64,000 bases of DNA, taken from positions 20,212,001 to 20,276,000 of the forward strand of contig NC_042999.1 in NCBI RefSeq assembly GCF_006345805.1, in the 5' to 3' direction. The DNA comes from Octopus sinensis (lineage: Eukaryota). The position numbers were made by a program, and so were the translations under genes. This document shows, one piece after another, positions 39,505 to 52,924 of the stretch. Within the stretch, counting starts at the first letter, position 1; each line of letters begins with the position of its first letter. Below the pieces are notes generated by a model. That model worked only from the letters and a program-made list of their open reading frames with translations, was not told the origin of the DNA and ran no database searches.

Positions 39505-39605
39505 TATACATATATATAGGGAGAGTTTACGAAAAAAACAAAAGCCGAAGACAGGTGATGTACAAAACAGATGTATTAGTATAATGCTCAGGAATAGAAA
39601 AAGTC

Positions 39606-39639
39606 TTTTACGTTTCGAGCTTACACTCTTCTACAGAAA
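39606..39639 (-). ncRNA. Minimal hammerhead-like motif, variant core
   Basis: TTT-CTGTAGA-A-GAG-tgtaag-CTC-GAAAC-GTA/AAA; the A6 position is T, so activity is doubtful. Confidence 0.45.
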
Positions 39640-40374
39640 GGGACACAGAAAAAGGAGAGAAATATATATATATATATATATATTCAAGAATAAGCATTTT
39701 AAAAGGAGTCTGTAGGAAAACTTAGTTAAAGAAAAAGGTTGTGAACCACTGTTGGGAACCACTGCTTTAGTCATTTTACTGTATTCATAGAGAGTTACAG
39801 CCTTGATGAGGTTACTCAAACACATCAACCACTGTACTTATTCTTAAGTCAGGTGTTCATTCAATCACTAAGTTACAAGAATGTAAATAAACCAACATCG
39901 GTTTTCAAGTGGTAGTGTGGTACAAACTTGCACTGATACAAACACACATATACAGGGGCATCTACACAGTTTCCATCTTCCACCAAAGTCACCGACAAGG
40001 CATTGGTCAGCTTTGGGTTATAATAGAAGACACTTGTCCGAGGTATTGTGCAATGGGAATGAACCTGAAACCACATGATTGCAAACTGAGCTTCACAACC
40101 ATGCAGCCCTTTCAGAATTTGGAAACAGAATATACAGTTTTTCAGTTAAGCCTAGCAGGCACTGTTGTTTTCAATGAAAGCTTATATGTCAGTATAACAG
40201 TGTCAAAGCTTAATGAATCTGAATGTATGCGTGCTTGTCTCCCCTTCAAGAACAAAATAAACTTGAATGTGGTTTTCTTAAATTTCCTGTCTAGGTGAAT
40301 AAGATAATATCTGTGTAAGTAAAAATATGGCTTGAAATATTGTTCAGTTAATGTAGCATAGGAATTTGTCACAG

Positions 40375-40476
40375 AATCAGAGTATGTTGAGACAGAACAG
40401 ACATACGATTTTACCAGACAGTTGCCACCAAGTAAGCAAATATTACAACTGTTACAGTTAGAGTTGGGCGAAGTAG
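40375..40476 (+). CDS. Candidate internal exon of an unidentified gene (ESEYVETEQTYDFTRQLPPSKQILQLLQLELGEV)
   Basis: tttgtcacag acceptor, AG/gtgagt donor, 102 nt, phase 1-1, stop-free. Confidence 0.4.
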
Positions 40477-41419
40477 GTGAGTAATTTGTATCAGAAAGCA
40501 GCTTAACATTAGAATAGGAATTGTAACTTATAGAGATATTTTTAAAAAAATCAAACTAACTTTATTTAAATCTGTCAAAAATGTACTATTTATGGTTTGT
40601 TAGAAATTGGAAAAAAAATTAAATTAAGACACGATTTAACTGAGTTTGCTCCTAAATTTAAAACATGTATTGAATCATATCACAAAGCTATTTCAGGGTC
40701 TATTTTTATACTTTTGAATATTAGGTCTACCAAAGTACTGTATTGTCACTGAGCTTTGGAGCCAATAATATGTTTGTCCTGCTCCATTGATCACAATCAT
40801 TTGAAGATCTACAACAAGAAATATAGAGTAATGATTTGTGAAGTGCTGCTTTCAATGAATCTACTTTTAGTAATATAGTAATATGTACCCATTAGTAGCC
40901 AATGGGACAGAGTAACTGTCCCAATACTGAATGCAGTCTCAGAAAATTGAAATCAAGACACTGCAGTTGTTTGATCCAAATGCTTTTATGTGATGTTATG
41001 CCGCAAACAGTATTTCAGAGTAAAACTAGATGCTTGCTGTTTTCATATGCAATATATTATTATATAACAATTTAATATAAATATTTCTATTTTGTAAATA
41101 ATAAATATTTTGCTAAATGGTTGAATCAACGCCCACTGAGAACTAATATTTATTCATACCAGTCTGCAAGAGATTAAAGTAAATAAACTGAGAGAAGGAT
41201 TTCAATACAGAACACAAAAATCTTTGACAGAATATTGGTATGCATTTTATCCATCTGTTGCAATTTTTACCAAACCATTATCTTCATAGTAGTAGTTGTG
41301 GTCTTCTTAATTACAATTACTACCTCAAGTAGCAACACTGTTCTCCTGCTTCTCATCGTCATCAACTTTTTTTTTTATCATCATTATTGTCAATCCTTTT
41401 ACATCTGCTTTTCAATGAT

Positions 41420-42030
41420 AGCATCATCATCATCATCATCATCATCATCGTTTAACTTCCGTTTTCCATGCTAGCATGGGTTAGACGATTTAACTGAGGC
41501 CTGACGAACCAGATGGCTGTACCAGACTCCAATCTGATCTGGCAGGGTTTCTACAGCTGGATGCCCTTCCTAATGCCAACCACTCCAAGAGTTTAGTGGG
41601 TGCTTTTACGTGCCACCGGCACGAGGGCCAGTAAGGCGGTACTGGCAGCGGCCATGCTCAATGGTGCTTTTTATGTGCCACCTGCACAGGACCCAGTCCA
41701 GCGGCACTGGCAACGACCTTGCTCAAATGTATTTTTTTCATGTGCCACCAGCACAAGTGCCAGTAAAGTGACGTAGGTAACGATCATGCTCGAATGGTGC
41801 TTTTCTATGTTCCATCAGCACGGAGGCCAGCTTGTTGCTGTGGCAATGATCACACTCGTATGGTACTCTTAGCACTCCTCTAGCACGGATGCCAGTCATC
41901 ACATTTGATTTCGATTTTGATTTCACTTGCCTCAACAGGTCTTTGCAAGCAGAGTTTAGTGTCCAATGAGGGAAAGGTATGCATAAAGTGGGCTGGCATA
42001 GGCCACAAGGATATGGTCACACTTGAGCTT
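41420..42030 (-). mobile_element. RTE 3'UTR fragment
   Basis: (CAT)n tail and 3'UTR up to the ORF end. Confidence 0.88.
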
Positions 42031-42974
42031 GCCGAGTCTTTTCACATTTTTCCCAATCCACATTCCATAATCAAAGTATCAGCCACCTGTAACTATTGTA
42101 CAGTGAGATGGAACTTAAAATCATATAGTTTTGATATGATCTATTAAACAACATGACCATTCTAAACCATGCTTCCCATATTAAACAATTTATACCATAA
42201 ATCACCTACTGGTGTAAATTTGGCAATTAGTGTACAATGAATATGACAATGCAATGTAGAGCATATACAAATTAAATAATTCAAAAGAATAAACCATTTC
42301 TAGCTTTCCTCTCAAACATATAAAACCATGCAAGGAACATAAAACAAACGCTGTATGAGATGTAACATAAATTTTCTTCTTACATTAATTGTCCGATTGA
42401 CATCACCAGTTGATTTATTTTGGATATTAAGTGATATATATATATAAAGTTTCTGACACTTATATATTAAAAGGTATAAACATTTATTACAAATGTAAGC
42501 TATAGAAATTTATTAAAAAAGATAAAAAGACTTTGAGATGTCTGTCATAGACTTCAAATGAAAGCTGTCTCACAGTCTGAACAATGTGGTCAGTGAATAA
42601 CTTGGAGGGGGTGATATAACATGATGGTGAGGTAGGTGGTATTTTTTGTTGGAAGTCTGTCTCATATTCAAGCCCCTTCAAGAAGATCTATGGTCAAACA
42701 AGTGATTTGATCTGAGACTGTGTATTGAAACTAAAGCAATTACAGTGTAGAAGATATACATTAGCCATTCAAAAGCCCACGAAAACTGTTAACTTATCTT
42801 GAACAATTATTGATTTAGTGTGATAATTTTTGTGGCTCCAAATGTGACCTGGTACACACAAAGTAATTGTATAAAGGGCTCAGGTGTACCACAAGTCATC
42901 AGAACCAGAAAAACCCAAGGAGACAAAAAAATACAAAAAAAAAAAAGCAATAAGTCAGGAGTGGCGCAGTATAG

Positions 42975-43370
42975 ATGCAGGAATTGCTGTGTGGTAAGTA
43001 GCTTGCTTAACAACCACATGGTTCCAGGTTCAGTTCCACTGCGTGGCACCTTGGGCAAGTGTCTTCTACTATACCCTTGGGCCGACCAAAGCCTTGTGAG
43101 TGGATTTGGTAGATGGAAACTGAAAGAAGCCCGTCATATATATATATATAAATGTGTGTGTGTATGTTTGTGTGTCTGTGTTTGTCCCTCCAACATCTCT
43201 TGACAACCGATGCTGGTGTGTTTACGTCCCCGTAACTTAGCGGTTCGGCAAGAGAGACTGATAGAATAAGTACTAGGCTTACAAAGAATAAGTCCTGGGG
43301 TCAATTTGCTTGACTAAAGGCAGTACTCCAGCATGGCTGCAGTCAAATGACTGAAACAAATAAAAGAAAA
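42975..43370 (+). mobile_element. SINE family A
   Basis: Similarity to 588-1013. Confidence 0.88.
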
Positions 43371-43630
43371 CAAAAAAGTCAAACAAAAAAACCCAGCAGC
43401 AACAGCCAAAAGTGCACACACAGCACAATGGACAGAAAAATAAGAAAACAAATTGAAAAGTAAAAGAGCAATAAATAAAAAAAAGGTGTACAGGAATGTC
43501 CAGAGCAGTGTTGGCAAATTTTGGGAAGCATGGAATTTTTGAAAGCTGCAATATCTTTGATTCTCAAAGAGATTAATTATTCTATGATTTCCATTTCTTC
43601 TACACTAAATGTATCATAATTTCTAATTCT

Positions 43631-43951
43631 TTATTTTTTTTTTTATTTATGCCCCCTTTTCAAGCCTAGCCAGGCTCATGGGCCCGGTTTCCCAGTTTCT
43701 GTGGCGTATGTGTTCCCTGCAACTGGACGGGACACCAGTCCATTGCAGCATTACTCAAGAAACAGGAAGAAAGAGTGAGAGAAAGTTGGGGCGAAAGAGT
43801 ACAACAGTGTTGCCACCACTCCCTGCCGAAGCCTCGTGGAGCTTTTAGGTGTTTTCGCTCAATAAACACACGCAATGCTCAGTCTGGGAATTGAAACCGC
43901 AATCCTCTGACTGCGAGTCCACTGCCCTAACCGCTGGGCCATTGTGCCTCC
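43631..43951 (-). mobile_element. tRNA-headed SINE (D/E-related) with a 13-bp TSD
   Basis: AATTTCTAATTCT at 43618-43630 and 43952-43964. Confidence 0.88.
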
Positions 43952-44623
43952 AATTTCTAATTCTACCTACCCATAAGGTTGACTGTTGATTCAGTTGAAG
44001 CAGTCAGCAATGAATAACTAAGCAGAAAATGCAGACATCGTGTCTGCTTCCTTATATTTTATGTATATGTGAAACTAAACAAGTAAAATAACAAACTAAT
44101 TGTATCGAAGTAGTGGCTCGGTAATAAATATTGATTATTTATAGTAATTAGCTCACATAAGTATTTAAATGCACAGTTAGATTTTCTTTTATACTAATTA
44201 ATTTTTAACTTTAATTTCATTTCCTACTTTCAGATATTTCTAAAATGTTAAATGATAAAAGAGACAAAGTTGAATTGCATGGGGGATCTATCTACAGATA
44301 GGAAAATTGACTCAGCTAAGCTTAAATTACAATTATCAATTAAACAACTTTGTATTCATTTGTGTTTTTTTTTTTCCTTTTGTAGTAGATCTCTTAAAAC
44401 GTATCCTGCATTTAAGGTGTTAAATATCTATTTAAGTAGTTTCACATTTGCTGCACTTAGATATTCTCTTTACCAGTGCACACAATAAAGAAACAAAGCT
44501 GAACTCACTTGCTTTAGAATAAACTCTCATTTCCTATGTGAAATCCTGGCACAGAGTCTATTGATTTCTAACATTGGCATAAGGTTGCAAATTTTAGTAG
44601 AAAATATGATCAGTTAAGTAATA

Positions 44624-44742
44624 CAGTTCTATATTTAAGAGATCAGGAATTATGTACATTATTTACATTATTTACATTTGACGAATATTTGTCCTCATCT
44701 TGTTTGTTGTTAACACATTTCAGCTGATATACCCTCCAGTCC
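44624..44742 (-). mobile_element. Truncated PLE 3'-repeat fragment of the hammerhead family
   Basis: TACATTATTTACATTATTTACATTTG...GCTGATATACCCTCCAG. Confidence 0.8.
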
Positions 44743-45512
44743 ATGGGTATATATATATGTATATATATATATATATATATATAAATATATATAAATAAAA
44801 ATAATCTGACTGGGCCTGATGAAGCCTTCCGGCTTCACAGACCTCAGTTGCACCGTCCAACCCATGCTAGCATAGAAAACGGATGCTAAATGATGATGAT
44901 GATAATACAAATTGGGACAAGAATGCAAAACATCCGGACAACTAGGTGATACTAAAAGGGACTACAAAACATCCAGATAGACGATACAAAGAAAACAAGG
45001 ATGGGTTATTCAAAGTTTTCTATCTTCAGTGAAGAAACAGACTATCCTCCCAATTTCAGCTGATTATTCTTAAGATTGCTCCAATCTGGCCAGCCCCAAG
45101 GAAAAACTAAGCTAAGAGCATTAGATTCCTTCGAAGAAAGTAGTGAATGTATACAAAAACAAGGACGGAAAAAACGGTCAATGCTACACAAATATAAATA
45201 CAATAAAAAATACAATAAGAATAATAACAGGACATAACAACAGGTGTCTTTCGACTAAGGATGAATTGAATTAAGCTGGCACATGTGGAAATGGAGCCTT
45301 ACGGCAAAGATACGATCTTTCCACAAACACAGGGAAGAATATCGATGTTACACGGACCACGGTCAGACCAAAAATGAAAGAGCAGGCTGGCTGATTGGTC
45401 ATGTGGGAAGAGATATGCGCATGTTTGTGCGTGCATGTGTGTGTCTGTCTGTCTGTGTCGGTGTCTGCATTTGTTGCCAGCCACTGTTTGACAAACGGTA
45501 TTGGTTTGTCTG

Positions 45513-45739
45513 GTGGGCTGGCAGAAACATTAGCATGCCGGGCGAAATGCGTAGCCGTATTTCGTCTATCACTACGTTCTGAGTTCAAATTCCGCCGAGG
45601 TCGACTTTGCCTTTCATCCTTTCGGGGTCGATTAAATAAGTACCAGTTACGCACTGGGGTCGATATAATCGACTTAATCCGTTTGTCTGTCCTTGTTTGT
45701 GCTCTCTGTGTTTAGCCCCTTGTGGGTAGTAAAGAAATA
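45513..45739 (+). mobile_element. SINE family C with a 16-bp TSD
   Basis: GGTATTGGTTTGTCTG at 45497-45512 and 45740-45755. Confidence 0.92.
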
Positions 45740-46022
45740 GGTATTGGTTTGTCTGCATCCTTATCATCTTGTGGTTCAGCAAAAGTGACCAATAGAATAA
45801 GTACCAAACTGTAAAAAAAAAAAGAATAGGTGCTGTGGACTATGTGATCAATTTCAAATAATCCATTAAGGTTGCAATTCAAAGATACATACATGTAAAA
45901 ACCGAAACAAGAAAAACAAAGATTACTCTTACACGATAATTGTGAAAAACATTTTTGAATTATTTTCTCTTTTGGAATTCTGAAGCTCTACAAAAAATAA
46001 TCTTGTGTTTGTTATTATTCAG

Positions 46023-46132
46023 TTCTTATATATCCCACTAATGACACATCTGCAAAGCTTATTAGTAGATTAAGCTTATTTTTCGGATACAGAGATTTCT
46101 ATATTGGCCATTCAGTATTTGTAAATGATAAG
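46023..46132 (+). CDS. Candidate internal exon (LIYPTNDTSAKLISRLSLFFGYRDFYIGHSVFVNDK)
   Basis: ttgtgtttgttattattcag acceptor, AAG/gtattt donor, 110 nt, phase 1-0, stop-free. Confidence 0.45.
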
Positions 46133-46662
46133 GTATTTCAGAAATTTGTCGCAATGAAATATTTTAAAGTTTAATTTGTTTATAATAAATTACTGCAGAT
46201 TAAGTTTCTAAATGTCTTAAATGATTTGTATGTTATTAACAGGATTAAAATTTTAAAGACTATTGACTTCATCTGTAACAACAAAACATTTGTTCTTAGT
46301 GTTTACATTTACACCATGTTTTGATGTTTCAATTGTTTTGATCCGTAGTCATTATCACCATCGCCAGATGGTTTATCATTGGATATAAATGCACAGTATC
46401 AAACTAAAATCAAACTATAAAGTATTATTTTGTTTTTGTATCTGGTTTGCAAGATTCTTTACGTGAACTCTTGTGTTGAAGCAAATGATGTTGTGTCTGG
46501 GAAGAATCATATAATCTTAATGCCTTTTTATGCAACTCACTCACCAGTTCGATTTCCACAAGGAAAAATATAAATAATAAATGAGTGGAAACCAAATCGG
46601 TGTGTGTGTGTTAGATAATAAAGCATTAAGACAATACGAATCCCCAGACACAATGTAAAGTA

Positions 46663-47003
46663 TTGGGTTGTCCAGAAAGTTCGTTCTGACTTTTAAAGAA
46701 AAGAAAAAGGTCAATAAATACTTACCATTACATTTTAAATCAATCAAATATGAATCATTTTGTTGCACAATGCGTCTCCATCTTTCCTTCAACTTGAAAA
46801 TAACCTCTTCCCAGAATTGAGGTGGTTTCATGGCAAAGAATTCATCAAGGTATCTTTTTATGTCATCCAAGGAATTGAAATTTTTACCATTAAGACTATT
46901 CTGCAGAGACTTGAATAAGTGGAAATCCGAAGGAGCAATATCTGGTGAATATGGAGGGCAGGGTAACACATCTCAGCCAAGCTGCAGCAATTTTTGTCTG
47001 GTT
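46663..47003 (-). mobile_element. Mariner transposase 3' remnant with one TIR
   Basis: PPYSPDIAPSDFHLFKSLQNSL motif; TA then TTGGGTTGTCCAGAAAGTTCGT TIR, similar to the MITE at 10271. Confidence 0.92.
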
Positions 47004-47201
47004 CCAAAAGCATCAAGTTCCGAACATGAACTTTCTTATCTTCCATTTTAAAGGGTTACAAAATTTGTACAGGTTATAGGAACATAAACCTTTTTCCACG
47101 AAAAGATAGCTTAAACTATGATCTAAATGGAGTCAACTTTAAAGACTAGAAAAATTGTTATAATCTTAATAATGTTCAGGTGCAAAGACCATTAGATAAA
47201 A

Positions 47202-47598
47202 CTAGCAGTATCACCTAGCGTTGCTCGGGTTTGTAAGGGAAATAACTATATAAGCATTTTTAGAGAGTTATAGCCAAAAAGTAGCAAAAAAATGCATTAA
47301 AAATTGAAAAAAAATTATGGAAAGTTTTTTTTAAATCGTTGACTCATCATAGACATTTTTAGAGAGTTACTTCCCTTATATAATAGTGAAAAAATGCATT
47401 AAAATGGAAAAAAATGATGGTAAATTATTTTTAAAATCGTAGACTCATCGTAGACGCGTGCTAATACCCAGAAGAGCTCGATATGAATCACGACTATAAG
47501 ATACCCGGTTTTGGTTAAACTGCACCGCAAAATGTGGGAGTAGTTAGGAATCTAAATCGGAGTAGACAGACACACAACCTCTCTTTTATATACAAAGA
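47202..47598 (-). mobile_element. Non-autonomous Helitron-like element, complete
   Basis: Minus strand A|TCTTTGTATATAAAAGAGAGG ... CCCGAGCAACGCTAGGTGATACTGCTAG|T. Confidence 0.8.
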
Positions 47599-48210
47599 TA
47601 AGCAAAGATTCTATAACTCTACGACATTCTATGATTTATCTTGGAAATTATTCTTATTGTTCTATTTTCGAACACAGATAACATCTTATTCACACCAGAT
47701 GGTACGATTCTTCTCTCAGCAACTTGTTAAATGTGTGTAACTGAGTTTTAATGATATTGTAGACTTAGCTTATAGCTTTAGCAAAAAACTGGAATTTATG
47801 ATATTTATGATATGGTAAAAGATTTATTAAATCAAAGTAAATCTATTAGACATATCACAGCTTTTATGTTATAGCTATCATAGAATTTCTGTAATAATAC
47901 TAACAAGACATGTTTTTGTGAGGAAACATATAAATGCTTTTTGCAATTTTTTTCTCCAATTATTTTCCAGAGGTGTCTCTTCTAACAGATGTCTTCCTTT
48001 GTCTTCTATGTGAGAACTGAGACATTTATGTCAGATCACAAAACATAGTAAAGTAAAGTTAGACTTGTAACACTTCAATGTGTTTAAAATTGTAAAAATC
48101 TGTTTAAAATAGGTAAAAATTAGTGAAAATAATAAAATTATTTACAAATTGTAAAAAATAAACTAACAATCTAACTAGTTTAAAGAAATTTATTTTTTAT
48201 TTTTTTGCTG

Positions 48211-48429
48211 TTACTCTTTTACTCTTTTACTTGTTTCAGTCATTTGACTGCAGCCATGCTGAAGCACCACCTTTAGTTGAGCAAATCGACCCCAGGACTT
48301 ATTCTTTATAAGCCTAGTATTTATTCTATCAGTCTCTTTTGTCAAACTGCTAAGTTACGGGTACGTAAACACACCACCATCAGTTGTCAGCGATGTTGGG
48401 GGAACAAACACAGACACACAAACCTATAC

Positions 48430-48498
<69 letters not shown>

Positions 48499-48670
48499 TA
48501 CATATGTACGACGGGCTTCTTTCAGTTTCTGCCTGCCAAATCTACTCACAAGGCCTTTGTCAGCCCGAGGCTATAGCAGAAGACACTTGTTCAAGGTGCC
48601 ACGCAGTAGGAATGAACCTGGAACCATGTGGTTGGTTAGCAAGCTACTTACCACACAGCAATCCTACACC
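48211..48670 (-). mobile_element. SINE family A
   Basis: Reverse-complement copy. Confidence 0.88.
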
Positions 48671-49199
48671 TATCAAATAATGTTGAGACAAGATTATATC
48701 ACTTTCCGATTTTGATTTGAGATTTTAAAGATTTTTATTTTAAATCTATATTGAAATACTTTCCTCTTATTCTTGGTTTGTTCTTAAGTTGTTGTTTCAC
48801 CAGAACCAGTGTAAATGTCAGAGTTTTACATGTGCTGGCAATTACAATAGTATTTCATACATTATGCATTAATATACACAAAACACATTGTGGCCATCTG
48901 AAATACACACAAAAACTTCTTAATCTTCAGTTTTATTTACTTTATATTTGTATCATACTATCATCACCATCTATGTAAAGTATAGAAGCCATCTTAACAT
49001 GGCTAACCACATAGGGGAGGGGGTGTTACTGTAGCTTTATAGCCCAAAGAGATCGTCGTCTCTAGCTGGCTTTAGACACCATTTCAGTGCCCTTGAATTA
49101 TTTGCAAAGGGAGGCCATCCCTTCCTCGCCAGCCTGAGTGATACGCTCGGACTAGTTTCGGGATTTTTGTCCCTTGTCAACGGCGGTAACCACCAGGTG

Positions 49200-49610
49200 G
49201 CGATCATCATCATCATCATTATCATTTACTATCCGCTTTCCATGCTAGAATGGGTTGGACAATTTGACTAAGGACTAACGAACCAGATGTCTGCGTCAGG
49301 CTCCAATCTGATCTGGCAGAGTTTCTACAGCTGGATGTCCTTCCTAATGCCAACAACTACGAGAGTGCAGTGGGTGCTTTTACGTGCCCCCGTTACGGGG
49401 GCCAGTCTGACGGTACTGGCAATGGCCACTCTCATAATGGTGGTTTTCACGTTCCACCTGCACATGAGTCAGTCCAGCAACACTGGCAACAACCTCGCTC
49501 GAATGTCTTTTCACGTGCCACCAGCACAAATGCCAGTAAGGCGACGCTGGTAACGATCACGCCCAAATGGTGAATTTTATGTGCCACCGGCATTGAAGCC
49601 AGACAGCCGT
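49200..49610 (-). mobile_element. RTE 3'UTR fragment
   Basis: (CAT)n tail and GTGCCACC repeats. Confidence 0.82.
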
Positions 49611-49689
49611 ACTAAGAAATATCAAAACACTAACAGTTTGCCGTACTTCAGTAGCTCAATCACTGAATTTCACTGCATCTTTTATACCT

Positions 49690-49915
49690 ATTTCTTTATT
49701 ACCCACAAGGGGCTAAACACAGAGGGGACAAACAAGGACAGACATAGGTATTAAGTCGATTACATCGACCCCAGTGCGTAACTGGTACTTAATTTATCAA
49801 CCCCGAAAGGATGAAAGGCAAAGTCGACCTCGGCGGAATTTGAACTCACAACGTAACGCAGACGAAATACCGCTAAGCATTTCGCCCGGCGTGCTAACAT
49901 TTCTGCCAGCTCGCC
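49690..49915 (-). mobile_element. SINE family C
   Basis: Reverse complement of 45513-45739. Confidence 0.88.
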
Positions 49916-50083
49916 AGCTCGCATCTTTTATACCTGTTGATGCAATTGCACTCTATCTTGCAGCAGCGATCAAGTCATAGAATAACAGAATATTTATTTG
50001 ACAATTTATAATTCTTACAACTAATAAGTATTAACTGAAAGCAAAAACAAAAATAAATATTTTATTTTTGTGTATCTTCTTAG

Positions 50084-50121
50084 ATGATGATAGTGGCTCT
50101 TCTACATGATAACAGTTTCAG
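50084..50121 (+). CDS. Candidate small exon (MMIVALLHDNSF)
   Basis: Long pyrimidine tract ttttatttttgtgtatcttcttag, AG/gtatat donor, phase 0-2; only one frame is open. Confidence 0.45.
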
Positions 50122-50174
50122 GTATATCATGTTACCTCAAATAAAGTTGTTTGACAAACGAAACAGACATAGAC

Positions 50175-50430
50175 CCTTTTTTCTTGTTGAAATACACCGA
50201 AAAATGGCGGCACAGCAGTCAAAAAATCGTAAAAAATAGGAATTTTCATAGAAAAAAAGCATGATCCGATTTGAAGTTTTTCTTCTACGAAGGAAAGAGC
50301 AAGCCTTCTTCTATCATACTCTCAATTTTGGCCCACTTGCGCCGCAGGGTTTCGGAGGAGATAGTGTTAGTTGTAGGCTACCAGACCTGCCATACACAGA
50401 CAACTTCAGCTTTATATATATATATATAGA
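50175..50430 (-). mobile_element. Truncated copy of the 5972-6362 Helitron-like family
   Basis: Reverse complement of 5975-6245 with an internal deletion. Confidence 0.8.
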
Positions 50431-51247
50431 TTATGGTTGCATAATGAAATACCACGTATCATAGTTAAAATGATGATGATGACGATGGTGACAGCGATGT
50501 TATAGCTGCATCATATGCAGCCAAATCTAGTGAGTAAACATTGTTCATAACATATCTGAAGAGTTGTTTGTCATACTTTATACAGACTGTTCTCACGATT
50601 TCACAGAAATATGCTTTATCGCAACCTGCATCAATAATTACCATGACATCAATGTAGTCATCGTACTTGCACTTGCCAGTTAATACCTTTGACAGTTCTC
50701 TCTCTTTCTCAGCTTAGTCCAATCCAGCCTGTCTTTCAAACTCAGATTGCATATCCTACGGATTTTTTCCAATTTCTATTGTTTCAAAGCTTCTGTCTCA
50801 GCTGTCAATATTTTCTATTTTCCTATTACACAACACTTCGCTGGTTATGCATATTATATTATCTTCCTTAGGGTTTAGAAAAGAATCACATTTTGACTAG
50901 ACAGAAAAAAAGTTTTCATCATTATCATCATCGCCGTCGTCGTTGTCATCATGATCATTATCAATACCTAACGTCCGTCTTCCATGCAGGTATCCATTGG
51001 ATGGTTTGACAGGAAGTAGCAAGGGCAGGGGCCGCACCAGGTTCCATAGTATGTTTTGGCTTGATTTCTAGAGCTGGATGCCCTTCCTAACGCCAACTAC
51101 TTTACAGAGTGTATTGAGTGACTTTTACGCGGCACCATCACCAGTGCTTTTCTTTTAGCGGCTCCATCACAAGTACATTTTATGAAGCATCAACAGAAAC
51201 AATATACTATTGCTAGCATCAATCCCAGTATTCAATTGTGGTATATG

Positions 51248-51546
51248 TTTGTTCCTTGTCGAGTCATGCCTGGCTCATGAGGGCCAGTTTCCCGGTTTCC
51301 TTGGCGTATAGGTTCCCCACTTGGACGGGACGCCGGTTCGTCGCAGGTGAGCTACAAGATGCAGGAGGAAAGAATGAGAGAAAGTTGTGGCGAAAGAGTC
51401 AGCAGAAGTTCGCCATTACCTTCTGCCGGGGCAGCATGGAGCTTAGGTGTTTCGCTCATAAACACACACATCACCCGGTCTGAGATTCGAACCCGCGATC
51501 CCTCGACTGCGAGTCCGCTGCTCTAACCACTAGGCCATGTGCCTCC
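51248..51546 (-). mobile_element. SINE family D
   Basis: Reverse complement of 53358-53666. Confidence 0.88.
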
Positions 51547-51830
51547 ACAATTGTGGTATATGCGGGAGATTTGAAATAAGGACACCTACTTTCTCTTCGT
51601 TGACGGAAACTTCTCCAGCGGTAATGCACCCTTTCATGCGGCCCGACCCGAACGCTAGAAATAGCAGCTGCTTTCCCCCTACCTTAAACAAAGCGCTCAC
51701 ACATCCAACTCCGTCGGCTGCCTCGATTGAAAGGCCCAATGCTGCCCTGACTGGGCGCGCGCGTCACTCCTACCCCTTCCTCTTCCGGTCAGCCCCCAGC
51801 TGCTGACGTCATCCCACATCATTAGCCCAC
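51547..51830 (-). mobile_element. GC-rich fragment, possibly an L1/Tx1-type 5'UTR and ORF1 start
   Basis: CITAGEVSVNEEKVGVLISNLPHIP loosely resembles Tx1 ORF1; GCGCGCGCG, CCGGAAG and TGACGTCA motifs upstream. Confidence 0.35.
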
Positions 51831-51944
51831 CATAAATGTTCATTCCATTCTGCAACTCAGTATTAAATACAAAACCACCATCTTAGCAGTCAATTTGATT
51901 TCAGTCTTTCTTCACTGAATATGTTGTCAATATTATTTTCTTAG

Positions 51945-52201
51945 TGGAGGCGCGTGTGGCTTAGTGGTTAGCGTGTCAGCATCATGATCGTAAGATTGTG
52001 GTTTTGATTCCTGGACCAGGCGACGCGTGGTGTTCTTGAGCAAAACACTTCATTTCACGTTGCTCCAGTCCACTCAGCTGGCAAAAAGGAATAACGCTGC
52101 CATGGACTGGCGTCCCGTCCAGCTGGCGAACATATACGCCATTGAAACCGGGCCCATGAGCCTGGCTAGGCTTTAAAAGGGCGACGTTTATCGTTTTATC
52201 G
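51945..52201 (+). mobile_element. tRNA-headed SINE family E with a 12-bp TSD
   Basis: TTATTTTCTTAG at 51933-51944 and 52202-52213; GACTGGCGTCCCGTCCAG motif shared with family D. Confidence 0.88.
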
Positions 52202-52500
52202 TTATTTTCTTAGCGGCAAGGCTACGACCTGGCAGAATCAGTAGCACAGCTGGTAAAATGCTTTGCGGCATTTTGTATGTTTTGAGTTCAAATTCCACCG
52301 AGGTCAACTTTCCCTTTCATCCATTCTGGGCCGATAAAATAAGTACCGGCTGAGCACTGGGGTTGATGTAACTAACTGCTGCCCTCCCCAACATTTTAGG
52401 TCTTGTGCCTATGATGGAAAGGATAAGATTGGAAGTAAACTTGAGAACTCATCAAACTTTTTCAATTTATTTATTACACTGTGTTTTTCATATTAAATTG

Positions 52501-52870
52501 TTACTCTTTTACTTGTTTGAGTCATTTGACTGCGGCCATGCTGGAGCACTGCCTTTAGTTCAGCAAATCGACCCCAGGACTTATTCTTTGTAAGTCTAGT
52601 ACTTATTCTATCAGTCTCTTTTGCCGAACCACTAAGTTACGGGGACGTAAATACACCAGCATCGGTTGTCAAGCGAGGGGATAAACTCAGACACATACAC
52701 ATATATACGATGGGCTTCTTTCAGTTTCCGTCTACCAAATCCACTCACAAGGCTTTGGTAGGCCCGAGGCTATAGTAGAAGACACTTGCCCAAGGTGCCA
52801 CGCAGTGGGACTGAACCCAGAACTATGTGGTTGGTAAGCAAGCTATTTACTACACAACCACTCCTGCGCC
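52501..52870 (-). mobile_element. SINE family A, close to consensus
   Basis: Complete reverse-complement copy. Confidence 0.92.
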
Positions 52871-52924
52871 TATAAATTATTGTTGATTACTTTTTTTTCT
52901 GCATACTATTACTATTATACTAAC

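Noticed and set aside
40295-40314. 20-nt micro-exon with a perfect gtaagt donor
   Set aside because: Its phase is incompatible with the next candidate exon and the intervening intron would be only about 60 nt.
44234-44415. Strong plus-strand acceptors at about 44232 and 44383, and open minus-strand frames in the same region
   Set aside because: The first plus frame reaches a stop without a convincing donor; both strands give equally plausible readings, so this cannot be resolved without RNA data.
50689-50871. 60-aa plus ORF after a pyrimidine tract
   Set aside because: The minus strand reads IRRICNLSLKDR, consistent with an old RTE fragment.
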